Part shown: positions 8,322-16,915 of the stretch, piece after piece | How positions within the stretch are numbered: the first letter of the stretch is position 1 | How the letters are laid out: each line of letters opens with the position of its first letter | Source: Patescibacteria group bacterium | GTDB lineage: Bacteria; Patescibacteriota; Patescibacteriia; 2-01-FULL-39-33 | Assembly (NCBI GenBank): GCA_041649575.1 | Contig: JBAZMW010000001.1 | Span: forward strand, 150,001 to 182,000 | DNA length: 32,000 nucleotides | Direction of reading: 5' to 3' | The notes under the pieces: model-generated | What the model was told of the DNA's origin: nothing | The model's database searches: none | What the model saw: only the letters and a program-made list of their open reading frames with translations | Made by a program: the position numbers and the translations under genes

Positions 8322-10448
8322 TTAATTCGCGGCATATTCAAAATTATTATTTTTTTCGATAAAGCTGGTGGTAAAAACATTGGTGGTTAGCGCCAGTATT
8401 TCGGCCTGGCCATCACTGTCAATGTCGCTCGCCAGCGGCTTGACGCCTTCGCGTTTTTGCGGATTGTAGGCCAGCCAAGAATTTAACAACCTGCCTTGCT
8501 GATTGAAAATTTTTATCTCCGGGCTACCGCCGAATCCAGGACCGGTGATGATCTCGTCTTGGCCGTCGCCGTTAACATCGCCGCAAGCGACATTGACGCC
8601 GCCGGCAAATTTTTTATCGTAAGCGAAGAAACCCATTGACAATAGTTTACCACGATTATCAAAGATTTTCACATGAGGCCCGCCAGGACTGGAGGCGCCA
8701 ACAACAATTTCGCTCTGGCCGTCGCCGTTAACATCGCCAGCAGCTACATTAACTCCCATTTTAGTCCAAGCTTTATTATAGGCATAAAAGCTGGTTGGTT
8801 TTGTTTTCCCTTGCCAGTTGAAAATTTTGACCAAATTAGCGCCGCCGGTTTCCGGGCCAGTGATAATCTCTTGCCAGCCATCATTATCCAAATCGGCGAC
8901 GGCCAGAGATAGGCCGCCGGCAAACTTAGAGCCATAAGGATAAAATTCGGCAATATTCTCTTGAGCGCTGTTATAAATTGTTATTTTATTTTTGGCGGCT
9001 ACCAAAAATTCTTTTTGACCGTCATTATTCAAATCGGTTTTGCTGATTTTATTGCCTCCCAGAAACAGTGAAACATAAGCAAAGAAGCCATTTCTCACGG
9101 TGTGTCCATAAGCATTAAAAGGTCTGGCAAAAGAACCATTAGCAAAAACGCCATCTTCGATTTCCGCTAGCGGTCTCAAAAGAATGACGCCATCGCCGGC
9201 TTCCAGCGATAGTTTATCAAGACGCGAGCCATTGTTTATTTCTGGGTCTTGGATGCCGTGTATTTTCTCGTATTCCGAGTCAAAGCTGACGGTTTGTTTT
9301 TTGTCGGTTGAATTTACAATAGCCACGCCGTTGGCAAAATCTCTTTGCCACAAGCCGGGCTGGAGATTATTGTTCGAAGTCAGGAGGTTTTTAGGAGAGG
9401 ATTTGGCCGGACCTAAGTTGACGTCATATTCGTCGTACCACCAAAAGTGCTCTCTTAGCTGGGTTCCAAAATTAAAACCATAATAGCCATTATAGAGCAG
9501 AGCACTGGCCAGTCCAAAGCGCATCAACTGGTAATTGGTACGATTGCCGGTATTATCGGTGTCAACGTTGATAATATTTAGACGCGGCAGATAGCCAGAA
9601 TTATTGGTATCGCGGTAGCGTTTCATCGAGCCATCCCAGCCACCTTCCCAATATTCGGGAAAACCTTCAAACATCCGGCCATTAAGATCCAAGTATGGGC
9701 CGTCGCCATTGCCGACAATCAGATATTTATCGCCAAATTTGTTTCTTAGATTTTTAAACAGATTTTTATAACCTTCTTGCCAAAGACGATCGATTTTTTC
9801 GGCGGAATCCAGATAACCGTCAGCGTCAATATCGATGCGCGAATTAACCCAGGAGACGTTTTGCCAGACATTGTCGAGCAGCAAGCCGTCCCAAAGGCCG
9901 GTGGCCAGCACTTTATTCTGATAGAAGTCGGCTAAATAATCGGCATAAGACTTTCCGAGCCGGTTTTTGACATAAAGATTCATGGAAATATTGCCCGGCC
10001 AGAAAGAGATATTTTCTCCAGCCACGGTTTTCAATTGCCAGCGGGGGTCGCTCTCCTTGGCCAAGGTGTGCCACAGGCCAGCGCCTTGCGGCTCAACCAC
10101 TGATAGCCTTTCGAGCGGGATTTCGTTGGCGGAAGTATAGGCCAAAATAACAATCCTGGGGTTTAGTTTCCTGATTAGTTTGATTTCTTGCTGACTAGTG
10201 CTTTGAGCCTGCATATCCAGAGCCAACAGATCATAAGCAGCCAGCTTAACAGCCTCTTCTTGAGTGATTGGAGTTTTCCAATATAAATTGACGGTACGAG
10301 GAAAGTTATAACTAAGCAAATCGACAGCTAAAAGCGACTTAAGCGGCAGAAGAATGGCGCTGAAAAAAGCCGCTAAAATCAAACTGCCGGCCAGAATTTT
10401 TTGCCAAAGCTTTATTTGCAAGTTGGTTTTGGGAAACAAAACAAACAT
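8322..10448 (-). CDS. Putative glycoside-hydrolase-like (GHL15-type) protein with C-terminal FG-GAP/VCBS repeats
   Basis: 708-aa ORF; N-terminal hydrophobic segment; YDLLALDMQAQ...IRKLNPRIVILAYTSANE...LWDGLLLDNVW resembles TIM-barrel GHL15 proteins; repeated DLNNDGQKEFLV, DLDNDGWQEIITG, DVNGDGQSEIVVGA, DVNGDGQDEIITG, DIDSDGQAEILAL. Confidence 0.7.
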   Translation of the reverse strand: MFVLFPKTNLQIKLWQKILAGSLILAAFFSAILLPLKSLLAVDLLSYNFPRTVNLYWKTPITQEEAVKLAAYDLLALDMQAQSTSQQEIKLIRKLNPRIVILAYTSANEIPLERLSVVEPQGAGLWHTLAKESDPRWQLKTVAGENISFWPGNISMNLYVKNRLGKSYADYLADFYQNKVLATGLWDGLLLDNVWQNVSWVNSRIDIDADGYLDSAEKIDRLWQEGYKNLFKNLRNKFGDKYLIVGNGDGPYLDLNGRMFEGFPEYWEGGWDGSMKRYRDTNNSGYLPRLNIINVDTDNTGNRTNYQLMRFGLASALLYNGYYGFNFGTQLREHFWWYDEYDVNLGPAKSSPKNLLTSNNNLQPGLWQRDFANGVAIVNSTDKKQTVSFDSEYEKIHGIQDPEINNGSRLDKLSLEAGDGVILLRPLAEIEDGVFANGSFARPFNAYGHTVRNGFFAYVSLFLGGNKISKTDLNNDGQKEFLVAAKNKITIYNSAQENIAEFYPYGSKFAGGLSLAVADLDNDGWQEIITGPETGGANLVKIFNWQGKTKPTSFYAYNKAWTKMGVNVAAGDVNGDGQSEIVVGASSPGGPHVKIFDNRGKLLSMGFFAYDKKFAGGVNVACGDVNGDGQDEIITGPGFGGSPEIKIFNQQGRLLNSWLAYNPQKREGVKPLASDIDSDGQAEILALTTNVFTTSFIEKNNNFEYAAN

Positions 10449-10450
10449 CT

Positions 10451-11632
10451 TTAATTATTTAGGTTTAGTAATTGGCTATAAATAGCTGACAATGCCTGGT
10501 AATGCTGTTGTGGATTGTATTTTGTTGCCGCCAGCTCTCTGGCCTTTAGGCCGAGCTTTTTTATCTTTTCACGATCGCCCGCTAATTCCATAATAGCATT
10601 TTTTAGGGCAGTCGGGTTGTCCGGCTCAAAAAGCAAACCAGTATCCTCGCTGACAATTTCCGGCACTGCTCCGACACGAGCGGCCACTACTGGCTTGAAA
10701 CAGCCGTAACTTTCCAAAATACTCAAACCAAAAGTCTCATGGACGCGTGACGGGAAAACAGTAAACAAACTTCTGGCGATAAGTTTGGTTAGTTCAGTAC
10801 CGGTTTTGCGGCCGACAAACTGTATCCGGCCGGCTAAGCCAGACTCGGCAGCCAAGGCTTTTAGTTCATCTTCTTGCGGCCCGCCGCCGGCAATTTTTAA
10901 TTTGATGTCCGGGATTTCTTTTAGAGCCCTGATTAATAAATCCACGCCCTTGCTTTCGTCGAGGCGGCCGAAAAACAGCAAGTAATCTTCCGCTGGCAGT
11001 GGCTGGGCCGGATAAGATTTCAGATCAATAAAATGCGGCAGGATTTGAATTTTTTCTTTTTTGAAGTTGGCTTTCAGTAGTTGATCTTTGACAAATTGCG
11101 AGGGGGCGATAAAAAGATCGATATTATTCTGATAAATTTTTAGCAGTTTATGAAAATTGAACTCCAGCTTCAAAATCCAGGCGATAAGAGAAGAATTCTT
11201 GTGTTTGGTTGGTTTGTTGTCGGCACGCAAAGTATAATCCGGTTTAACCAGCTTGAAATCATGCACGGTCATTACTATTGGCAGGCCGGCTTGTTTGAGA
11301 ACCGGCAAAATAGAGGGAGAAAGCTGATGATAAATGTTGTGCAAATGGACGATTTGCGGCCGGTCGGCCTTAATCAGCCGGCTGATTTTTCTGCGAGCCG
11401 AGAGTGACCAAAACATCCTGGGGATTTTCATAGCGCTTCTTAGACTGAATCGGCCCAGCTCCCAATCGGTAAGAAAATATTTTTCTTGTCCGCTGTTGAT
11501 ATTTTTGGGATTTTTTTGGGAGAAGTAAATTATCTCGTGGCCATGACCAGTCAAGAGGCGGCTTAAATTGAACAGGTAGGCTTCGGCGCCGCCGCGAGGA
11601 TAGAGAAATTTATTGACTTGGAGGATTTTCAT
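10451..11632 (-). CDS. Glycosyltransferase family 4 protein
   Basis: 393-aa ORF; MKILQVNKFLYPRGGAEAYLFNLSRLL, DYLLFFGRLDESKGVDLLIRAL, PSRVHETFGLSILESYGCFKPVVAARVGAVPEIV. Confidence 0.9.
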   Translation of the reverse strand: MKILQVNKFLYPRGGAEAYLFNLSRLLTGHGHEIIYFSQKNPKNINSGQEKYFLTDWELGRFSLRSAMKIPRMFWSLSARRKISRLIKADRPQIVHLHNIYHQLSPSILPVLKQAGLPIVMTVHDFKLVKPDYTLRADNKPTKHKNSSLIAWILKLEFNFHKLLKIYQNNIDLFIAPSQFVKDQLLKANFKKEKIQILPHFIDLKSYPAQPLPAEDYLLFFGRLDESKGVDLLIRALKEIPDIKLKIAGGGPQEDELKALAAESGLAGRIQFVGRKTGTELTKLIARSLFTVFPSRVHETFGLSILESYGCFKPVVAARVGAVPEIVSEDTGLLFEPDNPTALKNAIMELAGDREKIKKLGLKARELAATKYNPQQHYQALSAIYSQLLNLNN

Positions 11633-11641
11633 AAAATAGCG

Positions 11642-13138
11642 TTAGCCGTTTGTTTCCGCAGGCAGTTTTTGGTTGTTAATTATTTTTCCGGTGCGAATCA
11701 GACCCAGAATCAGCCAAAAGAAGACGCCGGTTAGATTAGTTTCCAGATAAGGCTGGAACAGGCTGGCAAAAATCAGGGCAGTAAGACAAGCGACTAGACC
11801 CAGGTAGTAAGGATTTAAGTCCTCGTTTAAAAAAATTTTTTTCCAACTCTTGGCCAAGACCGTGGCGATGACTAATAAAAAAAGCAAGAGACCAATAATT
11901 CCCATTTGCACTAAAATAGCTAGTAGCGAGTTGTGGATATTGCGGACCTCTTCGAAGGTGTGCCAATCTGGCAGTTCCAGGGGGATTTTAAGACCGAAGC
12001 CTACCCCCAAAAAAGGATTAAGCAGCCAGACTCTTTGAGCCGTCTGCCACAAACTGATCCGCCAGCTGGCGCTGGTGTCGCCGGCGGTATTTAAGATAGA
12101 AACGACGCGTTCTTTCAGGTCGCCGCCGTAGTTGTTGATTCCTTCTGGCAAGCCCTGTAGCGGCAGAAGGTTGACTACCAGAACAACCAGGACAACAATG
12201 CTGGCCAAAACCATAAGATTTTTAAGGCCATAGCCGATTAGCTTTTTTCGGTTGGTTTTGGGGGCGATAAAAAGAAGCACTAAGGCGCCAACAACCAAAG
12301 CCAGCCAGAGGTGTCGCATCAAGGAGACGGCAATCCCCAGGCCCCAAAGCCACAAAACCAGGCTGGGCAAGCTATTGTTATAGAAACGTTTGGCAGCCAG
12401 TAAACTCAAAATTATTAAAAAAGTTAGAACCAGATAGAAGGCATGAGTTCCGGCCAAGAGGCGGACGCCGCCGGTGGAGAGGGGAGTAAATTCAGTCCAC
12501 AATCCCTGGCCTCTGAAAAAACCGATAGCAATAAAAACAATCAGCGCCAAGCCGCTTAAAATCATAATATGAATGAGGTTCTTAAATTTTTTACTGTCTT
12601 GAATAATATATATAACCAAGAAGTAGAGAATCGGATAAAAAGCGTAATTTTTGAAACTGCTGAAAACTACGGCCGGATCGGCGTTAATATCTATCAGACC
12701 GCGCAAAAAGTAGAGGCCGGTCAGGGCCATGAAAAGCAAGAGGATTTTTTCCGGGGCTTCCAAAAATAATTTGGGACGACTTTTTCTGTAAAAAATATTA
12801 ATTAATAGTGCCAGACCGGTAATCAAAATAACAAGGTCGAGCGGATAAATTTTGTAGGCGGCTTGTTCTATGACCAGTGACTGCAGAGTGAAAAAGCGCT
12901 CAAAGATCATGGTCAGACAAACAATTATTCCCAGCCCGAGAGAGTTGAGGGGCAAAATAAAAATAGCGGCGACAACGACAAAGAGGATAAAAATCAAAGG
13001 CGAAAAACTGAAATAGATTATGCCGATAACAAAAGCGGCCAGATAGATATAGGCCACTATGTTGTAAAGCAGAGTCCAATTAGGCGTCCGGCGCGGTGGA
13101 CTCTTCTTAGCGGTTAGGTTTTTATTTTTACCAGTCAT
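11642..13138 (-). CDS. O-antigen ligase/polymerase-like (Wzy/WaaL) polytopic membrane protein
   Basis: 498-aa ORF with about 12 hydrophobic segments; SWRISLWQTAQRVWLLNPFLGVGFG...HNSLLAILVQMGIIGLLLF is typical of the family. Confidence 0.8.
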   Translation of the reverse strand: MTGKNKNLTAKKSPPRRTPNWTLLYNIVAYIYLAAFVIGIIYFSFSPLIFILFVVVAAIFILPLNSLGLGIIVCLTMIFERFFTLQSLVIEQAAYKIYPLDLVILITGLALLINIFYRKSRPKLFLEAPEKILLLFMALTGLYFLRGLIDINADPAVVFSSFKNYAFYPILYFLVIYIIQDSKKFKNLIHIMILSGLALIVFIAIGFFRGQGLWTEFTPLSTGGVRLLAGTHAFYLVLTFLIILSLLAAKRFYNNSLPSLVLWLWGLGIAVSLMRHLWLALVVGALVLLFIAPKTNRKKLIGYGLKNLMVLASIVVLVVLVVNLLPLQGLPEGINNYGGDLKERVVSILNTAGDTSASWRISLWQTAQRVWLLNPFLGVGFGLKIPLELPDWHTFEEVRNIHNSLLAILVQMGIIGLLLFLLVIATVLAKSWKKIFLNEDLNPYYLGLVACLTALIFASLFQPYLETNLTGVFFWLILGLIRTGKIINNQKLPAETNG

Positions 13139-13943
13139 AATAGCGAGGAGTGGTGCCTTGCCCGTCGTCCATTACTTCCGGGTCGATGTCATTTTCGGTT
13201 GCCGCCGTCATAAAAGACAGAGCTTCATTGTTTAAATTCAGCTGCATCAGAGAAGGCTTATCGGTTTGGTCGTTTTTTTCTATCAGCTCCAGAGTTTCAT
13301 CTTTGAGGCGGCCGATTTTCGGCTTGAAAATCGATTCAAAAAGCTGTTGCTCCGGAAAAATAATAATCAGAGTGAAACCTAAGACGATGCCGGCCACCAG
13401 ACCCAAAACCGTATTAGTGGCGGTTCGCGGCTGATCGGGCTTATCAGAGGCCACCGGCGCGTCAATCATTTTTATCAGAATTCGATCGCCCAGCCCGTGA
13501 TAAAGCTGATGTTTGGTCATGACGGTATAGCTGATGGCTTGAGCAAATTGGTTTGCTTGGTCGCGATCGCGGTTTAAAACATTGATAAAAATAATGCCTT
13601 TGTTTTCCTCGGTCTTGACCTGAACGGCTTTCTTCCAGTTTTTCAAGCGAGTTTCCGCGCCAATGCCCAGCTCGTCTTTGAGATTAAAGTTGCTTTTAAA
13701 AGTGTTGTCTATAAAAGAGTTGGTATAAACCACTTCGGTTAAAACGTTGGCGATATAATCGGCAGTGCGACTGGCAGTGTAGGGGTCGACGTTTTCCTGA
13801 TTGACCACTACCAAGAGCTTGACCGAAGACTTGTATTTGGGAGTTTGCAGCAAGCTCACTGCCAAACTGGCGATCATTACCAAAAGGCCAATAGTAATAA
13901 TGGTTCTGATGTTTTTGGCGTTAAAAAGATAAGTTGAACTCAT
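13128..13943 (-). CDS. Wzz/chain-length-determinant-like polysaccharide biosynthesis protein
   Basis: 271-aa ORF with N- and C-terminal TM helices; YKSSVKLLVVNQENVDPYTASRTADYIANVLTEVVYTNSF and APVASDKPDQPRTATNTVLGLVAGIVLGFTLIII. Confidence 0.8.
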   Translation of the reverse strand: MSSTYLFNAKNIRTIITIGLLVMIASLAVSLLQTPKYKSSVKLLVVVNQENVDPYTASRTADYIANVLTEVVYTNSFIDNTFKSNFNLKDELGIGAETRLKNWKKAVQVKTEENKGIIFINVLNRDRDQANQFAQAISYTVMTKHQLYHGLGDRILIKMIDAPVASDKPDQPRTATNTVLGLVAGIVLGFTLIIIFPEQQLFESIFKPKIGRLKDETLELIEKNDQTDKPSLMQLNLNNEALSFMTAATENDIDPEVMDDGQGTTPRYYDW

Positions 13944-14105
13944 ATTTGTTTAAATTTGGCTATTTTTTATAATTGTTTATTAACATCATAGATTATCATA
14001 TTTTTTATAAAATGTCAAACATAGCCCTGTTCGATGGCCCAACGCTATTAGACAATAAAGCCATAAGCGATTATAATATTTATATCCGGCGTTGCCAATA
14101 AAAAT

Positions 14106-14480
14106 ATGATTTTTTTTAAACTTCACGAATTAATTTGGGTTAATCCGGCCAAGCGCGACAAGGTAATCCTGATTAATTTGTCTTTAGCCCTACTGATTAA
14201 CCTGGCCTTGATAGCGGCGCTGATTTTTAATTTTTGGTGGGCCAAAGAATTCATAATTTTGCGTTTTAATATTTATTTCGGTATCAGCAGCCTGGGTGCT
14301 TGGTACAAGGTTTTTTTGATGCCGCTAATCGGCTTGATAATAATTGTTGTTAATTTTTTATTGAGCTTTTATTTTTATCTTAAAGAAAAATTATTGAGTT
14401 ATTATCTGGCCGCCGCCGCTTTGGTTTGTAATTTGATTTTATTGGTAGCGGGGGCTCTTTTAATTTATATTAATTTATAA
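14106..14480 (+). CDS. Small membrane protein, four TM helices, unknown function
   Basis: 124-aa hydrophobic ORF upstream of mraY. Confidence 0.6.
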   Translation: MIFFKLHELIWVNPAKRDKVILINLSLALLINLALIAALIFNFWWAKEFIILRFNIYFGISSLGAWYKVFLMPLIGLIIIVVNFLLSFYFYLKEKLLSYYLAAAALVCNLILLVAGALLIYINL

Positions 14481-14498
14481 TTAATACAACCATTTCTT

Positions 14499-15554
14499 AT
14501 GCTGATCGATTTTTTTGTAATCAAAATTTTCTTTTTGGCCTTTTTGTCGTTTATAGTGGCGATTGCCTGGACGCCGGCTTTGACTCATTTTTTATACAAA
14601 TACAAGCTGGGCAAACAAATCCGCACTTCCGATCGGGCGCCGATTTTTTCGCAAATGCATCAAAAAAAATCGGGCACGCCGGTGATGGGCGGCTTGTTGA
14701 TTTGGGTGACGGTTTTGGTTTTTGCTTTTGCTTTTCATTTTTTGGCAGTCTGGTTTGACGGCATTTTCGGCAAGTTTGATTTTTTGAGCCGATCCCAGAC
14801 TTGGCTGCCACTAGGAGCGCTGGTGGTGACGGCCCTGGTTGGGCTAGCAGACGACTTCTTAAATATCAGAAAGATCGGGCCCTATGGCGGAGGCCTGTCG
14901 GTCAGACATCGGCTGGTGGTTTACACCCTAATTGCTTTGGTGGTGGCCTGGTGGTTTTATTTCAAACTGGATTGGGACTTTGTGCGCATTCCTTTTTTGG
15001 CCACTTTTAATATCGGTCTGTGGTACATACCTCTGGTAATCGTGGTGGTGGTGGCCACTGCTTTTTCGGTCAATGAAATTGACGGTTTGGACGGTTTGGC
15101 CGGCGGGACGCTCTTGGCCGCTTTCTCCGCTTTTGGAGCGATTGCCTTTGCGCAAGGCCGCTATGATTTGGCGGCTTTCTGCGGCGTGATTTTGGGAGCG
15201 CTTTTGGCCTTCTTGTGGTTTAATATTACGCCGGCCAGGTTTTTTATGGGTGATACGGGAGCAATGGCTTTGGGGGTGGTATTGGCGATAATGGCGCTAC
15301 TGACCAATTCGGTTTTGCTCTTGCCGGTAATCGGTTTTTTGTTTGTGGTGGAATCGGCCTCGGTGATTATTCAGGTTGCCTCCAAGAAGCTGCGCGGTGG
15401 CAAAAAGATATTTTTGTCGACCCCGATTCATCACCATTTTGAGGCCAAGGGTTGGCCCGAGGCCAAGGTGGTAATGCGTTTTTGGGTTATTTCCGCCATG
15501 ACTTCCATTATTGGACTGGTGATATTTTTAATGGATAGAGGAGCGTGGCGTTAG
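14499..15554 (+). CDS. mraY: Phospho-N-acetylmuramoyl-pentapeptide-transferase
   Basis: DDFLNIRKIGPYGGGLSVRHR, FSVNEIDGLDGLAGG, FFMGDTGAMALG, PIHHHFEAKGWPEAKVVMRFWVIS. Confidence 0.95.
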   Translation: MLIDFFVIKIFFLAFLSFIVAIAWTPALTHFLYKYKLGKQIRTSDRAPIFSQMHQKKSGTPVMGGLLIWVTVLVFAFAFHFLAVWFDGIFGKFDFLSRSQTWLPLGALVVTALVGLADDFLNIRKIGPYGGGLSVRHRLVVYTLIALVVAWWFYFKLDWDFVRIPFLATFNIGLWYIPLVIVVVVATAFSVNEIDGLDGLAGGTLLAAFSAFGAIAFAQGRYDLAAFCGVILGALLAFLWFNITPARFFMGDTGAMALGVVLAIMALLTNSVLLLPVIGFLFVVESASVIIQVASKKLRGGKKIFLSTPIHHHFEAKGWPEAKVVMRFWVISAMTSIIGLVIFLMDRGAWR

Positions 15555-15560
15555 TCTGGT

Positions 15561-15588
15561 CGCTTTTCTTTTCTAGAAAAGAAAAGCG
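15561..15588. repeat. Perfect 28-bp palindrome (possible terminator) after mraY
   Basis: CGCTTTTCTTTTCTAGAAAAGAAAAGCG equals its own reverse complement. Confidence 0.75.
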
Positions 15589-15605
15589 CACGCAAAAGAA
15601 AAGTC

Positions 15606-15758
15606 GCGAGCTAACATGAAAAATTTTGCGTTTCAGACAAAATTCTAACAAAATTTTTAAATTCCCCGCTCAGGCGCTGACGCGCTGAGCGGGTCAAACA
15701 GTAAAAATTTAGTAACGAATTTTGCCTTCACTTTTTTCAAAATTTTTCATAGGCTCGC
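15606..15758. repeat. ~153-bp imperfect palindrome (MITE-like or long hairpin)
   Basis: Outer arms GCGAGC...ATGAAAAATTTTG and CAAAATTTTTCATaGGCTCGC; middle arms AAAATT...AAATTTTTA / TAAAAATTT...AATTTT; centre CCCGCTCAG/CTGAGCGGG. Confidence 0.7.
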
Positions 15759-15784
15759 ATTGGGTAACTATCAAAAACAATTGT

Positions 15785-16915
15785 ATGAAGTATTTAGAAT
15801 TAAGGAATAGGATTGAAAATTTTACCAAGTATCCAAAAACTCAAAAGATCTCTCGCTCCCTCATTGTTAACAAGGGATTTCATGGTAATTTTAATATTAG
15901 TTTTGGCGAAGCGCCGTTCCTTGAAAAGTTTGGAAATTATTTGGACAATTCAGAAGCGTATAATTTTTCCACCATTCAGCAAGTTATAAGGGTAAATGAT
16001 TTTAGAGACGACTTGGACTCAACACATCTCTTACTGTTTGATATGGCAGATGTTTCTGGTTTTATTGGTGGAAAAAATGTTTCAGATGATGAAAGAAAAA
16101 ATATTGCCAGTTTTACCATCAGAAAAACATTTGAGTTTTTAATTAATGAGTTGAAACTAAAGCCGGAACGTTTCAAGATTTCGTATTTGACCGGAGGAAA
16201 TGTTGAAGTATTGACAGCTGGAAAATATAAATTTGATAAATATGTTGAAGGCGACTCTTTTATAAAAACTGCAAAAGAATTTGGTATTTGTGATGAACAA
16301 TTTATCCCCGACCAGACAAGAACAACTCTGCTAGCATTGAATTTTCAGCCACCAGTTTGTTGGGGTTATCGCAATGAAATTTTATATCAAACTGACAGCC
16401 CGAGCGAATTATTAGATATTGCTTCTATCGAAAACTTACTTTGGCGGCCGGTGTTTAAAAATGGAATCATAGCCGATCTGGCTAGATGGGAAAATTTTTG
16501 GTCTTTTCAGGTTGTGGGTGTAGAAAGGTTATTAATGCTGATAAATAATTCGGACAAAGTTTATGCGGCTGATCATATTATGCCACTTATCACTAAATTT
16601 TCAGAAGTGACAAATAGTTTGGATATCCATGTTTGCCGTATTACAATGGAGCTGCTACGAGTTTTCCATAGAATTGTAGCTGATATGGAAGGTTTTTCAA
16701 TATTGTCCAGCTCGAGAAAAGAAAAGCTCATACCATATCGTAGAAAATTTTTACAAAATTGTGAAAAATTAGGCTTTGACTATAAAACAAATTTAAAAGA
16801 ATTATTGACTCTTAACGGCAAATTGCAGCCATGTTATCCTGAACTCCTTTCGGGCACTGAAGCTAAAACTAATAAAATAATAGAATGGTTGAGAAAAGGA
16901 AAGATATATACTTAA
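15785..16915 (+). CDS. Alanyl-tRNA-synthetase-like class II catalytic-domain paralog
   Basis: Start placed at MKYLELRNRIENF because the ORF-track ATG at 15722 lies inside the palindromic element. QQVIRVNDFRDDLDSTHLLLFDM, FLINELKLKPERFKISYL, WGYRNEILYQT, ENLLWRPVFKNG and GVERLLMLINNSDKVYAADH line up in order with AlaRS core motifs as I recall them. Confidence 0.6.
   Translation: MKYLELRNRIENFTKYPKTQKISRSLIVNKGFHGNFNISFGEAPFLEKFGNYLDNSEAYNFSTIQQVIRVNDFRDDLDSTHLLLFDMADVSGFIGGKNVSDDERKNIASFTIRKTFEFLINELKLKPERFKISYLTGGNVEVLTAGKYKFDKYVEGDSFIKTAKEFGICDEQFIPDQTRTTLLALNFQPPVCWGYRNEILYQTDSPSELLDIASIENLLWRPVFKNGIIADLARWENFWSFQVVGVERLLMLINNSDKVYAADHIMPLITKFSEVTNSLDIHVCRITMELLRVFHRIVADMEGFSILSSSRKEKLIPYRRKFLQNCEKLGFDYKTNLKELLTLNGKLQPCYPELLSGTEAKTNKIIEWLRKGKIYT

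Noticed and set aside
15722-15784. N-terminal extension MPSLFSKFFIGSHWVTIKNNC of the AlaRS-like ORF
   Set aside because: Lies mostly in the palindromic element; the internal ATG at 15785 gives a natural start.
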